Assembly (NCBI GenBank): GCA_021161785.1
Contig: JAGGZX010000085.1
Location: 1-49,259, forward strand
From: Candidatus Woesearchaeota archaeon
GTDB taxonomy: Archaea > Nanobdellota > Nanobdellia > Woesearchaeales > JAGGZC01
DNA: 49,259 nucleotides
Direction: 5' to 3'
Position numbers and translations under genes: made by a program. The notes beneath the pieces are model-generated. The model did no database searches and was not told where the DNA came from. It saw only the letters and a program-made list of their open reading frames with translations. Each line of letters starts with the position of its first letter. Within the stretch, counting starts at the first letter, position 1. Positions 8,214 to 17,592 of this stretch are shown in pieces.

Positions 8214-9827
8214 TTACCGCTTCTCTGCCTCGTGTTGGAATACTTCTCTCTCAATGCCTTGCATTTCCTGCTTTAACGTTTGCAACATGCTTTCATGCGC
8301 ATGGCCGCGTTTAGGCTTTTTGGGCTTGCGCGTTATGAAAACAACAACGATCAACGCTACAATAAGGCCTATCAATATCCAAAGCCATGCAATGCTTTCT
8401 TTAGACTCTTTAACAACTGGTTGTTCAGTCTTGTTTTCAGTAATGTTAAGTTGTTGCTGCGTAATGTTTGTTATTGAAGGCTTAACAACAGATTGTTCAA
8501 AAACTGCGTAAACCTCTGTTTTTTGCTCTTGGATTACAGAACTGTTAGCGCTTGACTCTGCTTTAAAAACAAGTTTTAACACGTCAGACTTGTTCACGTT
8601 TGAAAACACTGTCAAGAATGAAGGGTCTTGCTCCACTATTGTTATATCATCAACCAAAACATTGTTTTTGAAAGCTTTCACTGTTACGTTGTCAGCATTG
8701 CTAGCGAATGTTTTTGGCAGTTTAGAATACAACAGCAATGTTTTTGCAGGTAGTTCATAATCATAAGTTAATGTCTCGTTAATTGTTACAAAGCCATTGC
8801 TTTGCGAGTAATGCCTAGTGATGTCAATGTATGATTTCAAGTCATTAGCACTGTCAATCAATGCTTGCATGTCAAAGCTTTCAATTTGCTGCGTGATTGC
8901 TTGCACTAACGCCTGGTTGAATTCCAAGCTAGGACTTGCTGGAATGGTTGTGAATGTTTGCTGTGTTTCTTCAGTAATTGTTGGCGTTGTGCCTGTTCCA
9001 GTGCTTGAACCGCCAGTAGAGCCTCCATTGTTTTGATTGTCTTGATCGCTAGATTGATCAGAGCTTGAGTAACAATTCGTGTTGCAGTGTATTGTTCCAG
9101 AAGCAGAGCTTGACCCGTCATTGATTGATGAAACATGAATCGTGAATGTTGACCCGTCAACAACTTGGTTTGCTGTGCCTGTAAGCGTGAATGTTTGCGT
9201 TACAACACCATTACTGCTGATACTTCCAGAAGCTAGGCCTGGCTCTGTAACTGTTTGTGTTTCTGGACTAGCACTAACGCCTGAAGGCGTTGTTATTGAA
9301 GCAGTGACACCTTTAGCAGTTGCTTCTCCAGTGTTTTTCACAGTGAAGCTTACAACAACGCTTGAACCACCATTCAATGTAACACTGCTAGTGGTCACTG
9401 TTAAGACTGGAGGGTTCTGAGCTTCTAACGTTAAAGAATCACCGTTACAAGTAGCTGCACTGCAAGAAGGTGAAATGCTAACAGTGTAAGTTCCTGGCTG
9501 GTTGAAAATCACAGTCCATGTTGGTTTTGAACTACTAGTCACTGTTCCAACGCTTGCTTGGGATTGTAACGTGTAACTATCAGGCGTGATTTGAAAGTTC
9601 CAATTGTTAACTGTAACGCTGTCGCCGCCTGTAATGCTTAGCGTTGCCTCAATAGTTGTTGTTCTTCCAACAACTACTTGCGCAAGGTTTGAATAACCGT
9701 CCTGGCTTGCTGAAAGCGTTGCGTCCATGGACACTGCTAAAGCGTTTCCAACACTGTTAATGCTAATCACTAATGAAAAAACAATTAACAAGCAAGTTAA
9801 AAACCTGTTTTGCTTACCTGTTTTCAT
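8214..9827 (-). CDS. membrane-anchored cell-surface protein (signal peptide, CARDB-like segment, S/T linker, C-terminal TM)
   Basis: Start revised to ATG 9827 (MKTGKQNRFLTCLLIVFSLVISINSVGNALA is a signal peptide), preceded by SD GGGGGTGGA at 5 nt. The segment LTVTTSSVTLNGGSSVVVSFTVKNTGEATAKGVTASI resembles CARDB. A low-complexity linker reads SSSDQSSDQDNQNNGGSTGGSSTGTGTTPT. The C-terminal TM IAWLWILIGLIVALIVVVFIT is followed by RKPKKPKR and a short cytoplasmic tail. Confidence 0.75.
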   Translation of the reverse strand: MKTGKQNRFLTCLLIVFSLVISINSVGNALAVSMDATLSASQDGYSNLAQVVVGRTTTIEATLSITGGDSVTVNNWNFQITPDSYTLQSQASVGTVTSSSKPTWTVIFNQPGTYTVSISPSCSAATCNGDSLTLEAQNPPVLTVTTSSVTLNGGSSVVVSFTVKNTGEATAKGVTASITTPSGVSASPETQTVTEPGLASGSISSNGVVTQTFTLTGTANQVVDGSTFTIHVSSINDGSSSASGTIHCNTNCYSSSDQSSDQDNQNNGGSTGGSSTGTGTTPTITEETQQTFTTIPASPSLEFNQALVQAITQQIESFDMQALIDSANDLKSYIDITRHYSQSNGFVTINETLTYDYELPAKTLLLYSKLPKTFASNADNVTVKAFKNNVLVDDITIVEQDPSFLTVFSNVNKSDVLKLVFKAESSANSSVIQEQKTEVYAVFEQSVVKPSITNITQQQLNITENKTEQPVVKESKESIAWLWILIGLIVALIVVVFITRKPKKPKRGHAHESMLQTLKQEMQGIEREVFQHEAEKR

Positions 9828-12800
9828 GGATATCCACCCCCGCAACCAATGCAGAACCAATGCCTAACAGTTTGATACCTATCATTGCTTGTGTCATTCA
9901 CAAGCATTACTAGTTCATAATCACTAGGCTGCCAATTACTAACTGGTGTGAGTTTGACAATACAGTAACCGTTAAGGTCTGTACTGCTGCCTAGTGGGTA
10001 TGAAACATTCACTATTGATAAATTACTCACCATTCCAAAAGGCGTTGCTAATCGCAACTCAAGAACATTCACAGTTGCGTTAACAATGGGTTGCTGGTTG
10101 AAGTCTTTAACTTGTAACACAATGCTTAATGGTTGCGAAGCGTTTATGCTTGCAGGTCTAAAGCTTATCAAGTATTGCGACGCGTTGTTAAAAGCGAATA
10201 ATTGCAAGTTACTATCTCTAGAACTGTTTGAAGGCATCTGAACACCGCCAACCTCATTATGCAAGGGTAGTTGTCCTTGACCAGTGTTTAAGCCTTGCAA
10301 AGGTCCATAATACTCTGCTGAAGACTCCCAAGTGAATAATTGGTAATCATCGTCAACAACGATTCTTGTCAACGCATTGTTTTCATCAGTGAAATCGTCA
10401 AACAACACAAACCACCATTGCTGCGTTAACAAGTCATTGTTCAAATCTCCAATTGCTGATTCATTAATAACAGCAACCATTAAAGGCGTGTCATCCCTAG
10501 CGATTTCTGGCATTGCAAAGCTTGTTGAAGAGTTAACAAGTATTACAGGATCCCAAGGCGTTAAAAGGTTTTGCAGTTTGAAATCATTAACAACTGTTTC
10601 TCCAACCATTACTGGAGTGCTGCTTGAAAAGTCTCCATTGTCTGACACAAACAAAACGTTAGCCATGAGCCATGAAGGCGTTGCGTTCGTTATTAAAGAG
10701 TTATTCTTTGCTAATAGCAAAGTCTTAACACTGCCTGAAATGTTAACCCTTGTGGCAAACCATTGTTTTTCATTAAAAGACTCTACCCTTACAGGCATGT
10801 CAGCAGCAGGTCCAGGGTTTAATCCTAAAAAGAAAAAGTCTTGCGTAGCTAGTTTGAATGTTAAGTTGAAAGTTACAGCGTCACCCCACCAGCCAGTGTA
10901 GTTAACTATTAACCAATCTCCAACATGGAATGCTTGATTGTTGTCTGAAAAGTTGCAATCCCCAATGCTCACGTATAATTCAGAGTTTGAAGCGTTAGAC
11001 TGGTTGTAAATGTACAAAAAGTAAGTGTCTGGGTGTTTGTCACTTGTTATAACACTGTTGTTGAATTGCTGGTCTCCCCAAGGACTTTCATATCCAGGGC
11101 AATTGTTGCCTTGGCTTGGAATCGCGCCTGTAGTCATTGTTACATAAAAGCTTTGCTGCATTTTAGAACCATTCACGTCCATGAAAGGTTTAATACTGGT
11201 TGGCTCTATAACGATTTGTTGCGCTTGACTAAATCCTTGCAGCACGAAAGCTTGTCCAGAGTAAGTGTTAGCTATGAATGCTTTAACACTGAAGAAAGGC
11301 CATTTCCATTCTTCCAACACATTGTCACCAGACCTTATGCCTAGCATGTAATCGCCAGGGCTTGAAAACGAAGCAGTGTATTCAGCAATGCCATCTGTGC
11401 TTGTAGTTACAGTGTTGTTTTCAGGGTTTAAAGATTGTTCTTCAACAACGCCGTTGAAATTTCTAACAACTTTGAAAACTGTTATGTTAACGCCTTGCAA
11501 AGCGCTTCCTGAAGGCGTCATAGCTATTAAAGGCACTGTAACATTGTCACCGATTTTGAAAGTTCCGAAATTGCTCCAGTCACCTGCAAATAACTCGTAA
11601 AACCTTGCCTCATTTCCAGAAGCGTCAATGCTTAAAAAGTGCCAAGCGCCGTAAGTCCTGTTTTCAACACTGTCAGAAACCTTCATTAATGAGTCATCAG
11701 TAAAGTCTGCATAGCTTGAAGCATTAGATATTATGACAGCATCGTAAAGCCCTTGACTTTCAGTAGCAGCCATTAACACTAGGTAAGCGTCTTGCTCGTC
11801 ACTGTCTTGGTTTATGTCATAACCCAAGGCTTGTCCATTGCTAGGGTCTGCAGGCCCTAGGCGTGATTCTTTAACAACTTGTAAAAGTTTAAACTTTCCA
11901 TTAACGCTTAAACTCGTGTTGACTTTGAAACCAGCGTCAAGAACGTTAACACCTTCAACTTGCACAAAGCTCTCATCTTGGCCTATGTAAATGTTTTTAA
12001 CACGCCACAAGCCTTGCTCTGCATCTTCAAACACGTCATTAATTGTTTTCGCAACACTGCCTGCAAGGTTTGAAGCTGTAGTGTTAGCCCATACATGTGT
12101 TTGGTTAGCAGCTATGAATATCTTAGAAGGCTTTTGCAGTGACAGGTTATCACTCATTAAGAGTTCAGAGTAAATGTCTTGGCATTGCTGTTCAAAACAA
12201 ACCTGGTCTCCTGGATAAGTCTTAGCCCAGCCAACAAGTCCTTGATCTAGATAAGCTTCATAAACAGTGGTTGGTAAGTGTATGACTTCAATGTCTGAAT
12301 TGTTGTTATGATTTTGATAGCAAATCGTTGCTTGTCCAGCTGCTGAAAACCTGAATATGTGCGGACAGTTCTCGCATTGCAGTGTTATGTTGTCTAACTC
12401 TAGAGTAACATGTTGCATTGGAGCTCCTTCTGGCAGTGTTGCAGTGTCATTAAACGTTGACCCAATCGTTAATGGTTGTTCATTAAAAGCATGGTCTTTG
12501 TTGAAGTCAATCCATGCATGGCTAGTGTTTGTGAATATCACGTAAGAAGTGCTTTCATTATAAGTTACTCCTTCAAACTCTGTGATTCTGTCAATAAACG
12601 CTATGGACTGGTTGTCTTTTAAAAAGCTTAAAAACGTTACAGAACCGTTCGTTGTGTTTGTAGTGAATGTCACGTTCAACCAGCCTTTAGCATGCGTTGG
12701 GAAAGGTCCGTGACCAGTGATTAAAGAGCCAAGGTATATCAAGCTGTTAGTGAAGTTGCTAACACTGTACACTGCTTTTAAAACTCCTTGATCGTCATAT

Positions 12801-15800
12801 ATTTCAATGCTTGTAAAGTTTTCTGAATGGTTCAAGAGTTTTATCCAACCGTCATGCTGGCCTGGGTTGAAAGGTCCTAAGTGTAAAACGTTTTCAGAAT
12901 CATTCCAAAGCCAATGATGTCCAGAACTGCTTTTATAACCTGCAGGTATTAAAGGATTGTCAAAGTCTTTGCTTGAAGTGTTCCATTGTATTGTAAAGGT
13001 TTCAAGCCAAGCACTGCTTGGCAGTGTGTAAGCACCGATTCCAGTAATGTTTGTGGTGTATAGTTGTGGAATCTCAACTCCAGAGGTTAAAGGCATGCTC
13101 CAGTGCTCGTTTCTAGATCCACACCTGTCATTTCTCTCTAAGTATAAAACGCTATCCTTGTCAATTGTTCTTCTAACACTTACTGTGTCAATCCAAGGCA
13201 CTGCTATGACTTGATCTCTAACCATGAACCAGTAATCACTAGTGACTGATTGATTGTCCTCGTCAGTGATTGTTAATTGCAACACATACTCTCCACGTTC
13301 AATGTTGTTGTTAGCGAGTGTTAAGTTCACACTGCAATTGTTTGCTTGGCAACTGCTAACGAATTCTGAATTGTTAAACAAGTGCGTTATTTCTTCATGA
13401 CGCTTTATTGAAAACACGTGTTCTAAAGTAACGCTTGAAAGGTTGTGAGCTTGCATTGTTCCAAACTCTAAGCCTGTAACTGTCAATTGCATTGTTTCTG
13501 AAGAGCTGAACAATGGGTAGTCCCTGTCAACAGCTTCAACGCTTGCAATGTAAGGCGTTATTGAAAAGAACGCTTCTCCAACGTCTGATTGAGAGCTAGT
13601 AACAACCCTGACTAGCAACCTGTAAGTGCCTGAATTGTTTGTGAGTGTTGAAATATTGATTAACCAAGCCTTGTTTGGAGGTAGCTGCACTGGTTGGTCA
13701 CTGTCACTAAATGTTATGTTCGCTGATTGTAATTCTTGATAGCTCGGGTTTGTAAAGCTAACACTTGCAGGTGGGAAGCTCCTCATGTATTGCAATTCTG
13801 TGACAGTGACGTTGTTAATGGTTTGCAAGTTTTCAAAACCAGCCCTAGGGTCGCGAGCCATGACAATGAATTGTTTAGGATTCGTCATTGGTAATTGTCG
13901 TGACTCTGCAAAGTTTGAGCCTGACTGGATCACTGGGAATATGTCTAGTAACAAATTCCTAACTTCAAAACCAGCCCAGCCGTAACTGATAACTCCGTCA
14001 CTGTCATTAACTAAGAGTTTAACACCGTAAAAGCCAGTGTCCCAGTTATTGTTAGGTATTAATGAAATGTTTGCAACGCCGTTACTTGTGACAGCTCCAG
14101 TTGCGTTGTAATCACTGCTTGACAACTTCTTGTTAAGCATGAAGTTCCAAACTTCTAAAGGTTTTACAAAAGCGCCACTAGGTCCAGAGCCTCCTGCAAA
14201 TGCTTGCTTTGGATCAATGACGTGAACTTCTAAAACCACTGTGTCGTTAGAAGAGAAAAACCTTCCGAATTGAGAGCTAGCTGCTGGGCCGCCATACACA
14301 AGGTATTTCGTGAGTTCAAAAACGCCTTGAGCGTTTCCAAGTTGGTATGACAAGTTTCCAGAATCATTAATCAATGCTTGGAAGTCAATGCTTACTTTGA
14401 AAATGCCTTGCAAGTTAGGCGTTATGAAAGACACAACGCCAGTAGTTGAATTATATGTAAAGTTTGAGACTTGGTCAGTTACTGTAAGTCCTGATTCAAG
14501 TTCTTGAACGCTTACAAGCGTTACGTTCGTAATGTTTTCAGGCTGTATGTCTAAATCGTTAACAATGTCATGCGCTTGCAGTCTTAAAAATATTTGATCG
14601 CCAGGGCTGAGTTGGAAGAATTCCTGCCCAGACTCGTCTTGAGGTGTTAAGTCTCCAACAGCTTTCACAACAGGTATCGTTGTTGTGAAGGTGTTTGTCA
14701 ATCCATTATAGTCATAACTAGCTGTTAGCAAGTAGTTACCAGTCATTAAAGGAACGTTAAACCTTGCCATGCAGAAACCCATTGATTCAGGCGGCGGTCC
14801 TTGGTCTTGCCCGTTCGTCTGGTTCATCATTTCCTGGTATTCACTGCTGTTAACAAACTCTGCAACTGAAGAAATTGTTATGTTCAAGCTTGTCAAGTCA
14901 TATTTTACTCCAGACTTTTCAATGCTTAAAACATTGTAATTGCTACAATTCAGTGTTGCTGGGAAACCGTTTGTCAAGTCAATGCCTACAAGCACTACGA
15001 AAGCTCTCTGGCCTGGTGCAAACCCTTTAAGCTCTACTTCTCTACCAATGTATTTCGGGTTTATAGCTTCTAAAAACAAGTTTAAAGCATTAACAGTGAA
15101 GCCAGTTGTTGCTTGTTGCATTGTTTGATTGTAAGAAGCGTTAACAATGACTTTGTAAGATCCTTGTTGTGACGTGTTTGAAAACGTTGCTTTAAAAACA
15201 GTGCCGTCTCTAGTCATGTTAATCGTTGTTGAACTTCCAGACGGGGCAATGATTATAGCTCTAGGATTAACGTCAGGGTTTGTAATCACTTGTCCAGAGC
15301 TTGTTTTAAGCAAAGCTTTAACAACAACGCTACTGCCTGGTGCAAAGTTGTAAGAAGTTTCTCCAGCAGGCGTTGTTATGTCAACAATGATTTTAAAAGT
15401 TTCAACGTTTAAGTGTATAGCTGTAGCATTATTTACAGAAACAGTCCAAGTTCCAATGCTAGAAAGCGTGAAGTTTGTAAGATAGTAATACTCATTGCTA
15501 GAGCTTGTGTTGCCCTGGATTTGCGTTGAATTACTGTCAGGGCTTGTAATTGTTATTGACAAGTTATCCTCTTGCAACGCTCCAGAGCTGTTCGTAACAA
15601 TAAACGCTAGCTTTACAACCTCGTTAACGTTAAAACTTGATTTCTTCACAGGGCTTACAGCTATAAACCTAGAACCATCTGGTTGCAATCTTACTATAAA
15701 GTAATTGATAGGGAATTCTTTATTACTAATCCATGGTTGGAATTCACCAACCCTTATCTCTGTATAGTTCAACCCTTGATTTAAATCTTCAGAATTGTTA

Positions 15801-16504
15801 ATCCTTGCAAAGTTTGCATCATCATCAATGATTACTGTGTCGTAAACACCTGCAATATTTGGATCTGTGATTAAGAAATGCCATGCTTGATTGTTAATAG
15901 TTTTGTTAGCGTAATGATAAATACCGCTTTTTGAAACAAAGCCTGAAACATGAATGCCTTGACTAGCTAGGAATGAAGCGTTACCGTTAAGCATTGCTTC
16001 AACGCTTAACACTGGTTGTTGTAAAGAATTATTAACAATGAATATGTCGTAAGTGTTTACTTGCTCCACTACTTGAAAGCTTGTGTTAACTGTTTCTGAA
16101 GGATTGTTAGCATGAACGATTACAGAGTAAACGCCTAACGCATCGTTTGAAAGAATTTCATAGTTAAACGTTGCAATGCCGTTAGCGTTTAAAGAGCTTG
16201 AAGCATTGTATTTTAAAGACCCGTTAGGATAGTTTATTGTTAGGTTTATAGTCCTGTTCAGCAATACAGTGCCGTTCACGTCAAAACTTTTAACAAGTAT
16301 TGACTGGTTACTGCCTAATTGTTGCAAGTAGTCAGTGCTCACTGATAGCAAGGCATTGTTAGGGCTTGAAAGCATTGCTGTAAACACAACGCTTAAAACA
16401 AGCATTAAAACCAAACCTATCAAGGTTTTACAATCCAGTTTTTTAGAAAAATGTTTCATGCTTATTGAGGTGTTTAAAGAATTACATAAAGATTCATAAT
16501 CCAT
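9824..16504 (-). CDS. giant secreted surface protein (2226 aa), Asn/Ser/Thr-rich, multi beta-sandwich-like
   Basis: Uninterrupted 6.7-kb ORF. SD GAGGAGGGGGTGA lies 6 nt upstream of ATG 16504. There is one N-terminal hydrophobic segment (LIGLVLMLVLSVVFTAML) and no C-terminal anchor. By eye there are dozens of N-x-S/T sequons. The motif DG/NG-[IV]A-x-[FY]...G-x-Y-x-[VIL] recurs. The TGA stop overlaps the next gene's ATG (ATGA). Confidence 0.85.
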   Translation of the reverse strand: MDYESLCNSLNTSISMKHFSKKLDCKTLIGLVLMLVLSVVFTAMLSSPNNALLSVSTDYLQQLGSNQSILVKSFDVNGTVLLNRTINLTINYPNGSLKYNASSSLNANGIATFNYEILSNDALGVYSVIVHANNPSETVNTSFQVVEQVNTYDIFIVNNSLQQPVLSVEAMLNGNASFLASQGIHVSGFVSKSGIYHYANKTINNQAWHFLITDPNIAGVYDTVIIDDDANFARINNSEDLNQGLNYTEIRVGEFQPWISNKEFPINYFIVRLQPDGSRFIAVSPVKKSSFNVNEVVKLAFIVTNSSGALQEDNLSITITSPDSNSTQIQGNTSSSNEYYYLTNFTLSSIGTWTVSVNNATAIHLNVETFKIIVDITTPAGETSYNFAPGSSVVVKALLKTSSGQVITNPDVNPRAIIIAPSGSSTTINMTRDGTVFKATFSNTSQQGSYKVIVNASYNQTMQQATTGFTVNALNLFLEAINPKYIGREVELKGFAPGQRAFVVLVGIDLTNGFPATLNCSNYNVLSIEKSGVKYDLTSLNITISSVAEFVNSSEYQEMMNQTNGQDQGPPPESMGFCMARFNVPLMTGNYLLTASYDYNGLTNTFTTTIPVVKAVGDLTPQDESGQEFFQLSPGDQIFLRLQAHDIVNDLDIQPENITNVTLVSVQELESGLTVTDQVSNFTYNSTTGVVSFITPNLQGIFKVSIDFQALINDSGNLSYQLGNAQGVFELTKYLVYGGPAASSQFGRFFSSNDTVVLEVHVIDPKQAFAGGSGPSGAFVKPLEVWNFMLNKKLSSSDYNATGAVTSNGVANISLIPNNNWDTGFYGVKLLVNDSDGVISYGWAGFEVRNLLLDIFPVIQSGSNFAESRQLPMTNPKQFIVMARDPRAGFENLQTINNVTVTELQYMRSFPPASVSFTNPSYQELQSANITFSDSDQPVQLPPNKAWLINISTLTNNSGTYRLLVRVVTSSQSDVGEAFFSITPYIASVEAVDRDYPLFSSSETMQLTVTGLEFGTMQAHNLSSVTLEHVFSIKRHEEITHLFNNSEFVSSCQANNCSVNLTLANNNIERGEYVLQLTITDEDNQSVTSDYWFMVRDQVIAVPWIDTVSVRRTIDKDSVLYLERNDRCGSRNEHWSMPLTSGVEIPQLYTTNITGIGAYTLPSSAWLETFTIQWNTSSKDFDNPLIPAGYKSSSGHHWLWNDSENVLHLGPFNPGQHDGWIKLLNHSENFTSIEIYDDQGVLKAVYSVSNFTNSLIYLGSLITGHGPFPTHAKGWLNVTFTTNTTNGSVTFLSFLKDNQSIAFIDRITEFEGVTYNESTSYVIFTNTSHAWIDFNKDHAFNEQPLTIGSTFNDTATLPEGAPMQHVTLELDNITLQCENCPHIFRFSAAGQATICYQNHNNNSDIEVIHLPTTVYEAYLDQGLVGWAKTYPGDQVCFEQQCQDIYSELLMSDNLSLQKPSKIFIAANQTHVWANTTASNLAGSVAKTINDVFEDAEQGLWRVKNIYIGQDESFVQVEGVNVLDAGFKVNTSLSVNGKFKLLQVVKESRLGPADPSNGQALGYDINQDSDEQDAYLVLMAATESQGLYDAVIISNASSYADFTDDSLMKVSDSVENRTYGAWHFLSIDASGNEARFYELFAGDWSNFGTFKIGDNVTVPLIAMTPSGSALQGVNITVFKVVRNFNGVVEEQSLNPENNTVTTSTDGIAEYTASFSSPGDYMLGIRSGDNVLEEWKWPFFSVKAFIANTYSGQAFVLQGFSQAQQIVIEPTSIKPFMDVNGSKMQQSFYVTMTTGAIPSQGNNCPGYESPWGDQQFNNSVITSDKHPDTYFLYIYNQSNASNSELYVSIGDCNFSDNNQAFHVGDWLIVNYTGWWGDAVTFNLTFKLATQDFFFLGLNPGPAADMPVRVESFNEKQWFATRVNISGSVKTLLLAKNNSLITNATPSWLMANVLFVSDNGDFSSSTPVMVGETVVNDFKLQNLLTPWDPVILVNSSTSFAMPEIARDDTPLMVAVINESAIGDLNNDLLTQQWWFVLFDDFTDENNALTRIVVDDDYQLFTWESSAEYYGPLQGLNTGQGQLPLHNEVGGVQMPSNSSRDSNLQLFAFNNASQYLISFRPASINASQPLSIVLQVKDFNQQPIVNATVNVLELRLATPFGMVSNLSIVNVSYPLGSSTDLNGYCIVKLTPVSNWQPSDYELVMLVNDTSNDRYQTVRHWFCIGCGGGYP

Positions 16505-16690
16505 ACGTATTCACCCCCTCCTCTTTTTAAAATTTAAAAATAAAAACGTTATAAAATTTGTTAAAATCTCGTGTTTATAAAAAATTCGGATGGTTTACAT
16601 TTAAAAATTTTTTGCAAAAACTTGATAAATGAATCTAATTTAAAAAGTTTAAAAATATTTGCAAAGCAGTGTTGAGGTTAGAGGAAGAGC

Positions 16691-17590
16691 ATGGCTAGGT
16701 TTAAAAATAAAGTTTTGAAAAATATTAAGTTAAGACTTGTTGCTTTTGACAGTTTTTCAACGCGCAGCATGGCAACGTTTGTTGAAACAAAAAAAGCAAA
16801 AATCTTTATTGATCCAGGAATAGCTATAGCCCCGAACAGGTATGGATTGCCACCTACAAAGCAAGAGCTTTTAAAGCTTGAGCAAGGCAGGAAGCAGATC
16901 ATGAACTTGTCAAGAAGAGCAGACATTGTAACGATAAGTCATTATCATTTTGACCACCACCCTTTTTATGATGATTTACAGTTTAACAAAGCTGTTTATG
17001 AAGGAAAAATTGTTTACGCAAAGAACCCTGAAAAAAACATTAATTATTCTCAAAAGAAGCGTGCAGCAGTGTTTGAAAGCATTGCTTCAAAGCTTGCTAA
17101 AAAGCTTGAATGGTGTGACGGTGAGAGTTTTGAACATGTAAGGTTTTCTCAACCTGTCTGGCATGGCGTTGAGAAGTCAAGATTAGGCTTTGTAGTCATG
17201 ACTATTATAAATGAAAAAAATGATACGTTAATACACACGTCTGACGTTCAAGGACCAGTAGCTAAAAAGACTAGGGATTTAATCATAAAGGAAGATCCTA
17301 GCATTATCATCTTGGGCGGTCCTCCAACATACTTCTTGGGTTGGCGTTTTAGTTATAAAGATTTAAACAAAGCTTTAAACAATGTTATAAGCATCATGCA
17401 GCGAACAAGGGTTAAAACTATAATCATTGATCACCACCTTGTCAGGGATAAGCATTACAAGGAAAGGTTTTCTAAAGCTTTCGCTTTTGCAGAGCATTTA
17501 GGTGTTAACTTAATAACTGCTGCAGAGTTTAACGGCGAGGAGCCTTTACTGTTAGAAGCGCGTAGAGATGAATTGTCAAGGAAGAACTAG
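16691..17590 (+). CDS. metallo-beta-lactamase-fold hydrolase, archaeal UPF0282-like
   Basis: SHYHFDHH (H-x-H-x-D-H) metal motif. The N-terminal FDSFSTRSMATFVETKKAKIFIDPGIAIAPNRYGLPP resembles the archaeal UPF0282 family. 299 aa. Confidence 0.6.
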   Translation: MARFKNKVLKNIKLRLVAFDSFSTRSMATFVETKKAKIFIDPGIAIAPNRYGLPPTKQELLKLEQGRKQIMNLSRRADIVTISHYHFDHHPFYDDLQFNKAVYEGKIVYAKNPEKNINYSQKKRAAVFESIASKLAKKLEWCDGESFEHVRFSQPVWHGVEKSRLGFVVMTIINEKNDTLIHTSDVQGPVAKKTRDLIIKEDPSIIILGGPPTYFLGWRFSYKDLNKALNNVISIMQRTRVKTIIIDHHLVRDKHYKERFSKAFAFAEHLGVNLITAAEFNGEEPLLLEARRDELSRKN

Positions 17591-17592
17591 TT

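Noticed and set aside
9824-9860. A possible frameshift or sequencing error splitting one even larger surface protein, since the 548-aa ORF is open for 37 nt into the giant gene.
   Set aside because: The junction is a clean ATGA stop/start overlap with an SD 5 nt upstream. The downstream product begins with a bona fide signal peptide, so these are two separate coupled genes.
10377-15704. Multiple 60-174-aa ORFs on the plus strand inside the giant gene (for example 10377..10901, 11033..11344, 15495..15704).
   Set aside because: They are antisense shadows of a continuous 6.7-kb ORF. They have no SD or TATA context and their composition is hydrophobic and Cys-rich.
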